Both the position numbers and the translations under genes were made by a program. From Dendrobates tinctorius (taxonomy: Eukaryota), in NCBI RefSeq assembly GCF_039654945.1, contig NW_027361671.1, positions 103,292,001 to 103,356,000 of the forward strand: 64,000 nt of DNA. Reading direction: 5' to 3'. Under the pieces are notes generated by a model. The model ran no database searches and was not told the origin of the DNA. It was given only the letters and a program-made list of their open reading frames with translations. Position 1 is the stretch's first letter. Each line of letters starts with the position of its first letter. Of this stretch, positions 51,399 through 63,376 are shown piece after piece.

Positions 51399-51566
51399 CT
51401 GGTGAATTGATCCGAAGGAGAGGGAGCCATGAGGAATACCCCTGTACCGACTAAGATGATTGTGATCGCCGCACTAGGGAAAGAAGTAGGGATCACTAGA
51501 TGGTGAGGTTCCAGTAATCCTACATAACAGATAGTAATGTGCCCCAGGGACTAATTATGTCCATCT

Positions 51567-51596
51567 TTGACAAAGATCACGGATGTGAAACGCGTC
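51567..51596 (+). ncRNA. Degenerate minimal hammerhead ribozyme motif (U3-A8 variant) in a Penelope-like remnant
   Basis: TTGACAA, stem II AGATC acg GATGT, GAAA, then CGCGTC (palindromic stem III, GUC site). Stem I not evident. Confidence 0.45.
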
Positions 51597-52795
51597 GCTT
51601 GTCATCTTCTTGTCATCCGATCCTTCCCGGGGCAGTCATGTTTTAATTTAAGAATTCTTCAATAAAGGATTTGCATTTTATTCAAGGAGCTGGAACATTG
51701 CTATTTTTCTACTGGATCATTTACGTCTGACCAGGACGGAGTTCCGTGCACCTGCCATGAATCATTGGTGAGCTGGCTTTTTTCCTTACATTATAGCAAA
51801 ATCAGGAGTGGAAGAATCCGAAGAAAGTATAATGGAAACATGTTACCACTTCTGTATTTATCAACCACTCCTGGTTTTGGTCTACAAATACTGATGTAAA
51901 ATACTCACCAAATACTGAATGTGGAAAATCCCTCTTTAGGCTACATTCCCACAATGAGCTTTTGGTGAGTTTTTGATGTTGCAGATTTTCTTCACCATTT
52001 CTACACCCATTAAATAAAATAGGTTACTTGCATGCTTTTGGAAATACAAAGCGTAAAAGACTCATCATGGGAACGTAGCCCAAAAAATGCAGTGCATACT
52101 GAACACAGAAATATACTGCAATTACAATTCTCTTTTTTATTGAAAAAGCACTTTGCTACATTTTCCATTTTGGCAAAAATATAACTGCAGATATAAAAAA
52201 ACAAAATATAAGTAAAACAATTTCATTCATCATCATGGATAGGATACAGAGGTAACAACAAAGTACATCCAACTTGATAGGAAACCATACAAAAAATGCA
52301 AGAATCCGAGCATGAATATGAAATATTGCTATAGGAATATATCAATATATCATCAGACCAAACTCCATCTGCCTACCCACAATAAACAACCCTGAGCTGC
52401 AGAATGACGAAACTACATTGGGTTTCTGAAATTAGTCTACTCATCTAAGATTTGTGTTGGGAGTAGTGATGAGCGAATGTGCGCAGATAAGATGTTATCA
52501 GAGCATGCTTGGCGGTTATCCTAGTATCTTAGGCGTGCTCAGATAATACTGTACAGTATGTTCAAGTCCCTGTGGCTGAATGATTCGCGGATTTTAGACA
52601 GCCGCAACACATGTGGGGACTACCTAACAAACAGTAATATAGTAATTACACATATGGTTAAAAAGGGAAGATTTTCAAGCTAAGTTGTTGATAACAGTAG
52701 AAATAAACAATTTATAGAAATTTCCTTACATTCCATATTAACTGTGTATGTTAAGTATAATTGGATAAAAACATTTGTGTTTTAAGACGTCGTAC

Positions 52796-52910
52796 CACAT
52801 TGTATCTGTGAACGCAGATGTTTCTCAGTCAGGGCTCTCATGTTGCTTGTGCTGTAGATTTTGGCAATGCTGCATAAATATCGTTTTTGGCCCAAAGTAA
52901 GGTCTGCATG
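52796..52910 (-). CDS. FAM216A: FAM216A coding exon 4
   Basis: attttAG|HADLTLGQKRYLCSIAKIYSTSNMRALTEKHLRSQIQC G|GTacga; matches human HPDLTTGQKRYLCSIAKIY. Confidence 0.93.
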
Positions 52911-53525
52911 CTAAAATACAAAATGTACATGAAAAAAAATTTGCACCGATTAGTGGTTAACTTCATAGAGTTGTGATATTTATCTACAATATTATCTACA
53001 AGCCAACACTGCAGCTTGATATCCTCACTCCAGATGCCTCACTGGTTTTGGTGGAATGGACCAACCATCTAATGTATATCGGGGGGCCTTCTGACTTTCC
53101 CAGTTGGGGTGAAAAAATGATTGGTCAGTTGGAATTTCAACGGCTCATCCTTTGTTTTCAGGGGGAGATAAGCCACAGCAAGTGGAGTCTGATAGCACCG
53201 TTCTCCACTATCCCCGTTGAAAACACAAGACCACTCAGCCAAGGCATACTTCTGCAGAAGCAATTGTAGGGTGTATTGTCTGGGTATAAATCTTATGCAA
53301 TAAGCCTCAATATGAAACAAGAGGAATGTGGAGGTACAAAACGGCCCTACAGGATTTTATACACCTCATATTATCACCTCAGAAAACTTTGACCCTAAGA
53401 CCCCTTTCCATTCCCATCTCCAAAACCCCCACCCTCCTCAAAATCCACATTAGATAACCCCTACATTTTACTTTATTGTTTCTGCTATTTGTACACTAAA
53501 GTACCGCAAGTAAAAAAGACTCTAC

Positions 53526-53650
53526 CTTCAGATATGCTTCATTCTTCATAGTCCTTGGAATTTTGATGGTTTTAACCTGCTGTCTTAAAGGAACACTCTG
53601 CAGTCTGCATCCTTTCTGTGGTTCCTTTGAATTCATATTAGCAGGCGTTC
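53526..53650 (-). CDS. FAM216A: FAM216A coding exon 3
   Basis: 125 nt between AG and GT; ...QQVKTIKIPRTMKNEAYLK aligns with human QNQTIHLSKSMMEASFFK; phase 0 into exon 4. Confidence 0.82.
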
Positions 53651-54555
53651 CTTTAAAAAAATTGAAAAAAATTCTTCCACTACAATCTTTAATACAGTAA
53701 TTCTGCACATAAAGTTTACAGAGTTCACAGAAAAACCTATTTGCCATAAGAAGGAGATTCCCTTTGGATGTCCTAGAGGAAAACTGATTGAAGCTGCTTA
53801 AAACCAATCTACGGTAATACCCTCACTGCAAATATTAAAAGTTAGTCCAGTTGCCCCACTGCAATGAGAGGAATCCCCTGTCATTTATTTAATCGTTATA
53901 ACTCTCCCAAAATTAAGGTATTATAAGAAAAAAACATTATTTAAATCAGGCTTTTATTAGTAACATGTTTTTTATTAATCTGAAACATAAAAAAATCTAA
54001 GGAGTCAGAATAAGCTGACAATTTCATGTAGCTCGCTTGTCATCTTCGCTGTATAGACTGGGGCAGTATGAACACAGTCCTGTTATTATCATAAAAAGGG
54101 GTTTCCTGTGTTTTTTTGTCTTTTTTTGTTAAGTCAGTTATGGAAGGGAAGATAAAAAAGGCATGCTTACCCGGGAAACCTGCCCTTCCCTACAACTGTC
54201 TCTGCCAGACTCGAAGAGATGACATTGCGACTACCATTCACCTGACCCTGCAGCCAATCACTGGACAGGTGGTTATGATGTCATCTTTACTGGTCCAGGA
54301 GCAATGATTGGAGCAGCAGTGCTGGAGCGGAGGACAGATTCCTTGGACAAGTATGCTTTCTTTGTTTATTTTTTAAGCATCCCAACTCTCTATTGTATTG
54401 CTGGAGATCTAGATAAGGCAAGATAGTATCACTACAGTATTTACAAACAAACAGATGATTGTGGTCAGTCCTAAGGTCTGTTATTGGCTGCAGCGGTCAC
54501 TTGCACATGTATGGCATGTCATCACTGCAGGAACTAAGCAGACCAGGGACCATAA

Positions 54556-54899
54556 GGCTGTGTGCACACGCTGCGGATTCACCTGCGGGTTTTTCCGCGC
54601 GGATCCGCAGGTAAAACCGCAGGTAAAGTGGCCTGCGATTTTCCTGCGGATTAGCCTGCGGTTTTACACCTCTACTATGTTAAAGGTGTGAAACCGCTGC
54701 GGAATCCGCACAAAGAATTGACATGCTGCGGTTTGTAAACCGCAGCAAAACCACGTGGAAAAACCGCAACGTGAGCACAGCGGATTTGAAATGCCATAGG
54801 CTAACATGGTACTGTACCATGTCTGCGGAACTACTGCATTTCCGCAGGGCCAAAAACGCTGCAGAAACGCAGCAGAGTCCGCAACGTGTGCACATAGCC
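54556..54899. mobile_element. Harbinger-like MITE
   Basis: taa-GGCTGTGTGCACACG...CGTGTGCACATAGCC-taa. Confidence 0.8.
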
Positions 54900-56234
54900 T
54901 AAGAGTGACAGCCAGAGAAAGTGGGCAAGTATAAATTAATTATTTATATTATATTAATTCTTCCTCGTGGACAATTTATTTTTAAATAGAAGAAAACCTC
55001 TTTAGGGCATGTAAATTAATTAAAGAAGTAACTTTGGTAGTTAACGTGGAAGGAAACCGACCAGCCACATTTTTGGTAGGTAACCAGACATAGTGCAGGA
55101 CGTGGTAGTGTGCAACAGTTGCAAGGATACCTGGTTTGTTTGCAATCTGTTGCTCCTCACCAGCAAAATTTGTCTTTTTATTCGTATGCAAATTAGACTT
55201 CAAATGCACTTGGGATGTAATGATGCACTTGCAGTCCATAGCTCCTTTCAATTCTTCCCACCCGGCGCCGTGCTTTGCTACTTGACAGTGGAGACATAGT
55301 GTTTAATTCTTCACTTTCCTGATTTGTCAATTATCTTTGGTTGTTTTGTGACTTTTTAGGGCAAAAAGATAAACATTTTGCAAAATGGTGCAAAAATTGC
55401 ACAGGGATTTCAAGTGTACATAAAATATCTCTGGGACAGGGACTGGAGGATACTAGCAAAACAATTTTGCACCTTTTCGAAAAGTCACAATTAATTAATA
55501 GAAAACTTCTGGAAACCTTACACGTCATGTAAAGTAGCAAATTTAAAAAAAAAATGGCAAACACATTTAGAAAAGGTTTCATAAAAGTCACAAATGGAAA
55601 GATGAATATAGTGCAAACAAAAAAGGTAGAAATATGCTAAAAACTCAACAAGTGCAGTAATGAATTGGAGCCAAAGTCTCTGCTATATTACATCACCTTT
55701 GTCTCTGGTTGAAATATCTCACCCACGCAGAGCTTTTCTTTTGGCTGATGCATGTAAAATATGTTACTATGTGTTGCTCAAATCCTTATCTCATACTGCG
55801 CATGCCCCAGCCAATTTCATCCAAAGGGACGAGTGATGTTTTCCAGCTGAGACTCTCTCTACACTGTCATTCCATCAGCAGATCGCGCGCCACTGGGAGA
55901 GGAGAAGTGAAGAGGTACTATGGACGGCAGGTGCAGAGATACCTTCCCAATGCACCTGCAGTATAACTTGTATATGAATTTTGTTGCAATTGTTGCACAC
56001 CGTCCTATCCTGCACCACCTCTGATTGTCCACCAATAATGTTGCTGCCGTTTCCCTTTATCAGTGAGCTCAGCTTTTGTGTACTTGACTCATCCATGTAT
56101 TACAAGGAAAACCACATAGACAAAAGATGTCTGGCTGGTCACAGCTTTCACCAGTTAAATAAGTAACTACCAAAGTGGCTTGTATCTGGGAAGGAAAAGT
56201 CATTAATAGGACAGAAATCTGATCTCACACTCAC

Positions 56235-56269
56235 CTTCTTCAAGATCCTTGTGACTAATAGCCATGGTC
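56235..56269 (-). CDS. FAM216A: FAM216A coding exon 2
   Basis: ttttttcAG|G ACC ATG GCT...GAA GAA G|GTgagt, 35 nt; phases 2 and 1 link exons 1 and 3. Confidence 0.65.
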
Positions 56270-57251
56270 CTGAAAAAAAAAAGATGTAACTGTGTGTAAA
56301 GAATATAATATAGTACATAAGAATATATACTATAGCAATATAATATATAGTATATAACATACAGAATAATATATACTATATAATATACATTATAACAATC
56401 TATAGTATATAATATACAGTATAACAACAGAATATATAATATACAGTATAACAATATAATATATTGCATATCATATATTAACATACATTATAGCAATATA
56501 ATACTGTATGTAGTATAGAACATACAGAATAATAATATATAATATACATTATAACAGAATGTATAATATACAGTATAACAATTTAATACACAGTAAATAA
56601 TATACAGTATAACAATATAATATATTAACCAGACAGGCCTAAATGCATCTGCACTAATCCAGGGTGCAGTGGACCCAAGTAAAATGGCAGCTGCACAGGT
56701 GCATAAATACCAAATGAAACAGCCAGCCTACATTCAGGGATTGGCCGTGTGGTACACCAGTGCAGAAGAAATAATCCGCATGTGGCAGCGTTCACACAGG
56801 AAAAGCAGGGCTTCTGGTTCACAACCTCTTAGCAACACCATATAGGGGGGCTGCCCAGTGCCAACTAGAATGCATCCCGTGTGAACAGAGGCCACAAGTT
56901 TGCAGAAACATTTGGGCCCAACTGCACCCTGAAAGAAATATAAAACCCATCACTTGGGTTACTGGGTATTTCAATATGGCGGCTGGCGTACTTCCGGTCG
57001 ATGCAGTGGATTGTGGGATTCGAGGACCTCCAGACGGAAGTGGATGACGGACCATTTAAGGCAATTATATATATAGATAGTATATAGCTTACAGTATAAG
57101 ATCATTTAGAATATAGCAATATAATATATAGTATAACAATATAATAATATAACATATAAGAATATAATAATAATATGCTAATATGCCGGATAACAATATA
57201 ATATACAGATATAGTATGGCTCTCAGCATCATGCATGCACACTGACCTTAC

Positions 57252-57388
57252 AGTGACCTTCTTTTGGTCCAGCTCTGCTGGCATCTTCTTCCTCTTAGAG
57301 GCAGGGGCGCTGCAGGCTGCGTGTCCCTCCATCTTCTCGAGCTGCCTCTCCCAGGTACCAGCCTTCTAGGAACATGCCCGGTCTCCAT
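57252..57388 (-). CDS. FAM216A: FAM216A coding exon 1
   Basis: gtcaccATGG Kozak context, METGHVPRR...WTKRRS, donor GTaagg, ends in phase 2; divergent from GPN3 as in mammals. Confidence 0.6.
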
Positions 57389-57608
57389 GGTGACACGCAC
57401 ACTGTGGGATTCACATCTGTCGCCTCCTTGGATGCTCTTGGAGACAGAAGTCAATAAGTGCAGCGCATGCGCAGACATTACAGCTCTGATCCATTCTGCA
57501 TTCGCGGTTTGAGCAGTTGCGGCCTCCGTACTGTCCCGGAAGTAGAACCACGTGTAAACAATAGCTGTCGCTCCGCTTCATGCTGGCCCGGCGTCCAGTG
57601 CAGAGACC
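57389..57608. promoter_or_regulatory. Bidirectional promoter of FAM216A and GPN3
   Basis: 220 bp between divergent ATGs; NRF1 palindrome GCGCATGCGC 57463-57472; ETS/GABP CCGGAAGT 57536-57543. Confidence 0.72.
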
Positions 57609-57656
57609 ATGCCTCGCTATGCGCAGCTCGTGATGGGGCCGGCGGGCAGCGGGAAG
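57609..57656 (+). CDS. GPN3: GPN-loop GTPase 3, exon 1
   Basis: MPRYAQLVMGPAGSGK (P-loop) then |GTgagg. Confidence 0.95.
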
Positions 57657-58199
57657 GTGAGGGCTGCTGACATGGTGTCCCCGAGGATGGCTGCTAGCTG
57701 TGCGGACAGTGACGCTGACCGTACACTGGGCACAGACTGATGGCAGTGGAGGACAGTACAGCTAGAAAGCTTCATGCCCGCACATTACAGCTCCGCTGCT
57801 CTAGTTTCCCTGTGTTTTAGATCCGGGCTCGGGAGAGGACACATTCTTGTTTCTATTGAGAGGTTGAAGCTGACGTAATAGTCTCAGCAGGGAGTTTGCT
57901 CCAATGTATCCATGATGGGGAGCAATCACCTGGGCTATCAGCAGCACAGATCTGCCTGGCTGCGAGGTTTGCTACAATGTGTCAGAGAAGCCCCTACAGC
58001 CCACTCTGCCCAGAGGATTGTCCTAACTGGTATAAGCCGCAAAACCCTGGATTGTGTTCACTTTATATTCTGTTATATCAGGGCATGCTGGGAATTCTAG
58101 TTCTACAACTGGATATAAGCCGCAGAAAAGTAGATTTGAACCTTCTCACCCCGTGACACCTAATCACCTTTCCTTGTGACGTGTTTGTCTTTTCGGCAG

Positions 58200-58308
58200 A
58201 GCACCTACTGTTCTACCATGGTCCAACACTGCGAGGCTCTGAACAGGTCGGTTCAGGTTGTAAATTTGGATCCTGCAGCTGAATATTTTGACTATCCGGT
58301 CATGGCAG
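58200..58308 (+). CDS. GPN3: GPN3 exon 2
   Basis: ggcAG|[36 protein letters not shown]|GTaagc, 109 nt. Confidence 0.96.
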
Positions 58309-58334
58309 GTAAGCTGTGTCCCAAAATAAGTATA

Positions 58335-59470
58335 TTAAAGGGGTTTCCCAACAAGCAAAGTACATTTTAACCAAGAGATCTTGGTATAATAATTTAAATA
58401 ATTGGATGTGTTAAAAAATATGTTCCTGTGCTGAGATCTTATAAATGTGCCCCTGCTGTGTAATGGCTCTCTGACCGTACAGGGACGTTGTCTGATCATA
58501 CAGTCATAACAGATCATAACAGAAGCATACAGTCTAGATCACGTGAAGTCATTATTGCCCTCTACTCCTCTTTGGTCAGACCTCATCTGGAATATTGTGT
58601 CCAGTTTTGGGCGCCACATTTTAAAAAAAGACATCAACAAACTGGAGCAGGTTCAGAAAAGAGCGACCAGAATGGTGACCGGTCTGCAAACCCTGTCTTA
58701 TGAGGAAAGGTTGCAGGATTTGGGAATGTTTAGTTTGCAAAAGAGAAGACTGAGAGGAGACTTAATAGCTGTCTACAAATATCTAAAGGGCTGTCACATT
58801 GTAGAAGGATCAACTTTATTCTCATTTGCACAAGGAAAGACTAGAAGCAATGGGATGAAACTGAATGGGAGGAGACACAGATTAGATATTAGAAAAAACT
58901 TTTTGACAGAGTGATCAATGAGTGGAACAGGCTGTCATGAGAGATGGTGAGTTCTCCTTCAATAGAAGTCTTCAAACAGAGGCTGGACAGCCATCTGACT
59001 GGGATGATTTAGCGAATCCTGCTTTGAGCAGAGGGTTGGACCAGATGGCCCAGGAGGTCCCTTCCAACTCTGCGATTCTATGATTCATACCACAGCTCCT
59101 GGGCTGGGGAGGTAGCAAAAGAGACTGTACAGACATTACAGCACAGGATCACAGCTGATTTCCCCCCCCCCTGTTTTAAACTGTTTAAGGCATGGAAATG
59201 TTTTACCTCTCAGCAAGAATCGTCTGTGATCCTGCTGTCCTGTTTGTATAGTCTCTTTGCTTCCTCCCCTGCCCAGGAGCTGTGGTATGAGCAGACCATG
59301 TTCCTGAACGGACAGACACGGCCATTACACAGTACACAGCAGGGGCACATTTATAAGATTATCTCAGCACAGGAAAATAATTTTTAACACTTCAAATTGG
59401 AGAACTATTTTATTTATTTTATTCCAAAATCTATTGATTAAAATGTAGTTTATGGGAAAACTCCCATTAA
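58335..59470. mobile_element. Kolobok/T2-type palindromic MITE hosting a CR1 fragment
   Basis: ttaa-AGGGGTTTCCCA...TGGGAAAACTCCCA-ttaa with inverted sub-terminal arms (aaatgtgcccctgctgtgta / tacacagcaggggcacattt). Confidence 0.6.
58510..59086 (+). mobile_element. 5'-truncated CR1 LINE
   Basis: [20 protein letters not shown]...[12 protein letters not shown]...LRGDLIAVYKYLKG; 3' end attctatgattc. Confidence 0.92.
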
Positions 59471-59730
59471 CTACGCAAAGAAAAAAAAATACCAGAACTA
59501 TATTATTACGCTCAAGTAAATCTAGCTATAAGTCACAGACCATTTGGACAACCAAATGGCCACTTTAGACCATAACAGATGTTCACAAAACACAGATAAA
59601 TGTAAAATAGTTGATCTGCCAAGTTGGACTTTTACTTTTTTTTTCATTGAGACCGACAATATCTTAAAGGGTTTGTCTGGGCATATAATATATTTACGAT
59701 AGGTAATCCTTGTCAGATTGTGTGGTCTAA

Positions 59731-60079
59731 AGGGCCGTTTACATTTAGCAATGCACCAGCGATGCGACCAGCATCGCTAAATGATCGCTAGTGAGCTTCC
59801 ACACAGGAAGATCTCACAGCGATGCAGCAGCGACGCAGCGCACGATACTTACCTTTCACACACAGCGATGAAGACGTCCTCCCGCCTCCACGCGTCGCTC
59901 GTCGTCACAGCAGGAAGCTGACGACGAGAAATGGAGCCGGACATTATCGCGCGATCAGCGATGGACAGCGGGGGAGCCGGTCGGAGGTAAGTATCACACA
60001 TAGCGGTATCGCTAGCGATATCGCTATAAAGTCACAAAATCGGTGACGTTATAGCGATATTTCTATGTGTAAAACCCCC
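59731..60079. mobile_element. Harbinger-like MITE (cagcgat family); an inverted relative lies at about 61115-61438
   Basis: taa-AGGGCCGTTTACA...TGTGTAAAACCCCC-ttaa; shares blocks with the reverse complement of 61115-61438. Confidence 0.65.
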
Positions 60080-60193
60080 TTAACACTCGGTCACCCCCAG
60101 AGGAGCTAATTAGCAGCTGGAGTTAATAAAAGCCGATTAGTGGAGAATGCCAAGTGTCAGAGCCCAGTAAATCTAATATTCACTTATCTTAAA

Positions 60194-61083
60194 CTAGATT
60201 ATGGCCCGATGCTATCGCATCGAGAGGATGGAGGACGGAGGTATCACACATGGCGATATCGCTAGCAATATCGCTGCGGGTTAAAACCCCCTTAACTCAA
60301 AAAGCTCAAAAGGGTGAGATTCCATCTATAATAATAAATGCCCTAAGCAACTTCCGGTTGTAACAATTTCCGTCCAGTTGTAACCGGTGACGTCACCGCA
60401 CACCTCTTTCCATGTTAACCCTCAACACACACACTCCTCTCACCTTTCACCATCTCCACTCACTCTTTCACTCCACATACGACCCTTTCTCTCACTCCGT
60501 CTCTCATACTCACGCCGTCATCGCCGCTGATCCACGATCCCGACGTCGTCCTCGCCGGCGACATGTTCTTGCGGCGACGCCATCTTGAGTATCGCGGGAT
60601 TTCGCCGATCCAAAATAGCATCGGTACAGGAACATGTCACCGGCGTGGATGCCGTCGGGATCCAAAATGGCGTCGGCGAAATCTCGCGAGATTTTGCCGA
60701 CGCCATTTTGGATCCCGACGTCCTCCACGCCGGCGACATGTTCTTGCGGCGACGCCATCTTGACTATCGTGGGATTTCGCCGATCCAAAATGGCGTCACC
60801 GCAAGAACATGTCGCCGGCGTGGAGGACGTCTGGATCCAGGATGGCGCCGGCGGAAGAAGATGTCGGGGATCGTGGATCAGCGGCGATGACGGCGTGAGT
60901 ATGAGAGACGGAGTGAGAGAAAGGGTCGTATGTGGAGTGAAAGAGTGAGTGGAGATGGTGAAAGGTGAGAGGAGTGTGTGTGTTGAGGGTTAACATGGAA
61001 AGAGGTGTGCGGTGACGTCACCGGTTACAACTGGACGGAAGTTGTTACAACCGAAAGTTGCTTAGGGCATTTATTATTATAGA
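60194..61083 (-). mobile_element. Non-autonomous Helitron with an internal fold-back
   Basis: Minus strand A|TCTATAATAATAAA ... cgatgc-gata-gcatcgggccataat-CTAG|T, giving the canonical termini and A/T target. Confidence 0.7.
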
Positions 61084-61175
61084 TGGAATCTCACCCTTTT
61101 GAGCTTTTTGAGTTAAGGGGGTTTTAACCCGCAGCGATATTGCTAGCGATATCGCCATGTGTGATACCTCCGTCC
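60233..61175. repeat. 943-bp palindrome: 309-bp arms (2 mismatches) around a multi-hairpin CpG-rich core
   Basis: 60233-60541 is the reverse complement of 60867-61175. Confidence 0.95.
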
Positions 61176-62399
61176 AGCTCCCCCGCTGTCTGTTGCTGAT
61201 CGCGCAGCTCCATTTCTCCTCGGGCGCTTCCTGCTGGCGCCGACGAGCGACGCAGACGGGAGGACGTCAGGATCGCCTCGTCTGAAAGGTAAGTAACGAC
61301 CGCTGTATCGCTGCTGCATCGCTGTGAGATCTGCCTGTTTGGCAGCTCACTAGCGACCATTTAGCAATGCACCAGCGATCCTGACCGGGTCGTATCGTTG
61401 TCGGGATCGCTGGTGCATCAATAAAAGTAAAGGGGCCTTTAATGTGACCATACAGGTTGTATACAGCTGAAATTAGTCATTCCTGTATGCCTCCTAGATG
61501 ATGCCTTGTACAGTAAAAAAAAAAATCATCTTTTATAGCTTCGATCTGCCAGGCTATGGGGTGTAAAAAATCTTGTATAATGAAGACCAGAGGCAGTCTT
61601 ATCGTCCAGGAAGCGTACGTCCCATAACCTGAAAGAGCGAAACTGTGAAAGATTATTTTTGCTGAACAAAGCATCATCGAGGAGTCATACAGGTATGACT
61701 AATTTCACCTGTATACAATATTCACCTGCATACAATAGTCCATATTAATAACTCAAAAAGGTGACAGATTCCCTTGAAGGACTAGTTTTTAAAATTGTAT
61801 GCTCAGCCAACCCCTTTAGTTAGTGCAACACACCTTCAAAGTATCCTCTATTCCTTTGTTGTACGGATGATTGGAATTTATTGTTTCTAGTAATTTCTCG
61901 CTTAATATAGTCTGACTGTATTGTTCTTCAGGGTTAGGCCCTGTTGACATTGTGCATTATATTTTTGTTTTTGTTTTTTGGCTTCCCAGTGATTTCAACA
62001 GCAAGAATGGCACAGTTTGCATCAATTCTCTTGTTAAAAAAAAAAATCGCTAATGAGTCATTGATCCTAGTCGCAAAATTAATCAGTTGCAACCGATGTG
62101 GCTCCGTTAATATGTTATTATTTAGAGATATGAAACCATCATGAACAGAGCTTAACTGGTCAGAATTCTAGCAATATGTCTTTCACATGATCATTACTTT
62201 GTCTTGAATATATATTTTAGGTTGGCCATAGAGAATATTGTGTCCATCTTGTTAAAGGCATTTATTAATTTATTACAACAACGGTACCTGGGGGGGGGAT
62301 TGGTTCCGATTAAGAGAAATCTTCCTCATTGCATATGGCAAGATACTGTGCACAATTTTCCATGTTGCAGATGACTTTTTTTCTTTTATTTCATCTCAG

Positions 62400-62567
62400 A
62401 TATCCGAGAGCTGATTGAAGTAGACGATGTAATGGAAGATGGATCGCTTCGATTTGGTCCTAATGGAGGACTAGTGTACTGTATGGAGTATTTTGCTAAT
62501 AACTTTGACTGGCTGGAGAGCTGCTTGGGCCACACTGAAGATGATTACATACTGTTCGACTGCCCAG
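62400..62567 (+). CDS. GPN3: GPN3 exon 3 (GPN loop)
   Basis: ctcAG|(D)[30 protein letters not shown]...YILFDCP G|GTactt, 168 nt. Confidence 0.97.
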
Positions 62568-62880
62568 GTACTTGGATATTCTTTGTATCTTCAGGGTTAC
62601 ATTTTTCCACTGCAGCATCTAGACAAATAGATTAACTGCAATGCTTGATAAATATCTCCATAGAACATCCATTTGACATTATAGATTTTTAGGGATATAT
62701 TTCCATGATTAACCTCAAACTTTATTTGATTATGTACATTTTTGAATATAAATGTAAGAAAATGGATCACATACGGATGTCCATATAGATGAAAATTGTC
62801 TCATTTTCCTGGATGAAACTTGGTCGATCTCTCATACATTCATCTGGCTCTGGCCTTATAGTGGGGATGTTCTGAAGAGA

Positions 62881-63055
62881 GAATCATAGAATCATAGAGT
62901 TGGAAGGGACCTCCTGGGCCATCTGGTCCAACCCCCTGCTCAAAGCAGGATTCGCTAAATCATCCCAGACAGATGTCTGTCCAGCCTCTGTTTGAAGACT
63001 TCCATGAAAGAACTCACCACTTCTCGTGGCAGCCTGTTCCACTCATTGATCACTC
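62881..63055 (-). mobile_element. CR1 LINE 3' end
   Basis: gaatcatagaatcatagagttggaagggacc... is the reverse complement of about 58910-59086. Confidence 0.88.
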
Positions 63056-63251
63056 CAAAGACATACTGATTGGGAATTTTTTGGGGGAGTGTAATGTTGG
63101 TATAGCGCTGCAGAATATGATGGCTCTATATAAGTTAGTAAAATAAAAATGATGCGGGTTTACCAAGAGTTTGGAAAACTTTTAGCGCCTTATAAAGGTG
63201 GATTCATATGGATAATTCCAGTGTAACTGAGCTTCTGTGATTTTTATCTAG

Positions 63252-63376
63252 GTCAAATTGAACTGTACACTCATCTACCAGTTATGAAGTACCTGGTGGA
63301 TCAGCTTCAGCAGTGGGAGTTCAGAGTCTGTGGTGTTTTCTTGGTTGATTCTCAATTCATGGTGGAATCTTTCAAG
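63252..63376 (+). CDS. GPN3: GPN3 exon 4 (gene continues beyond the window)
   Basis: tctAG|[42 protein letters not shown]|GTaagt, 125 nt. Confidence 0.97.

Noticed and set aside
57102-57332. Alternative FAM216A exon 1 frame MEGHAACSAP...KKVT
   Set aside because: Splicing in phase 0 to the 35-nt exon gives a stop (GAC CAT GGC TAT TAG); the METGH frame keeps phase.
60510-60996. Overlapping GC-rich ORFs on both strands
   Set aside because: By-product of a GC-rich palindromic repeat; no recognisable domain.
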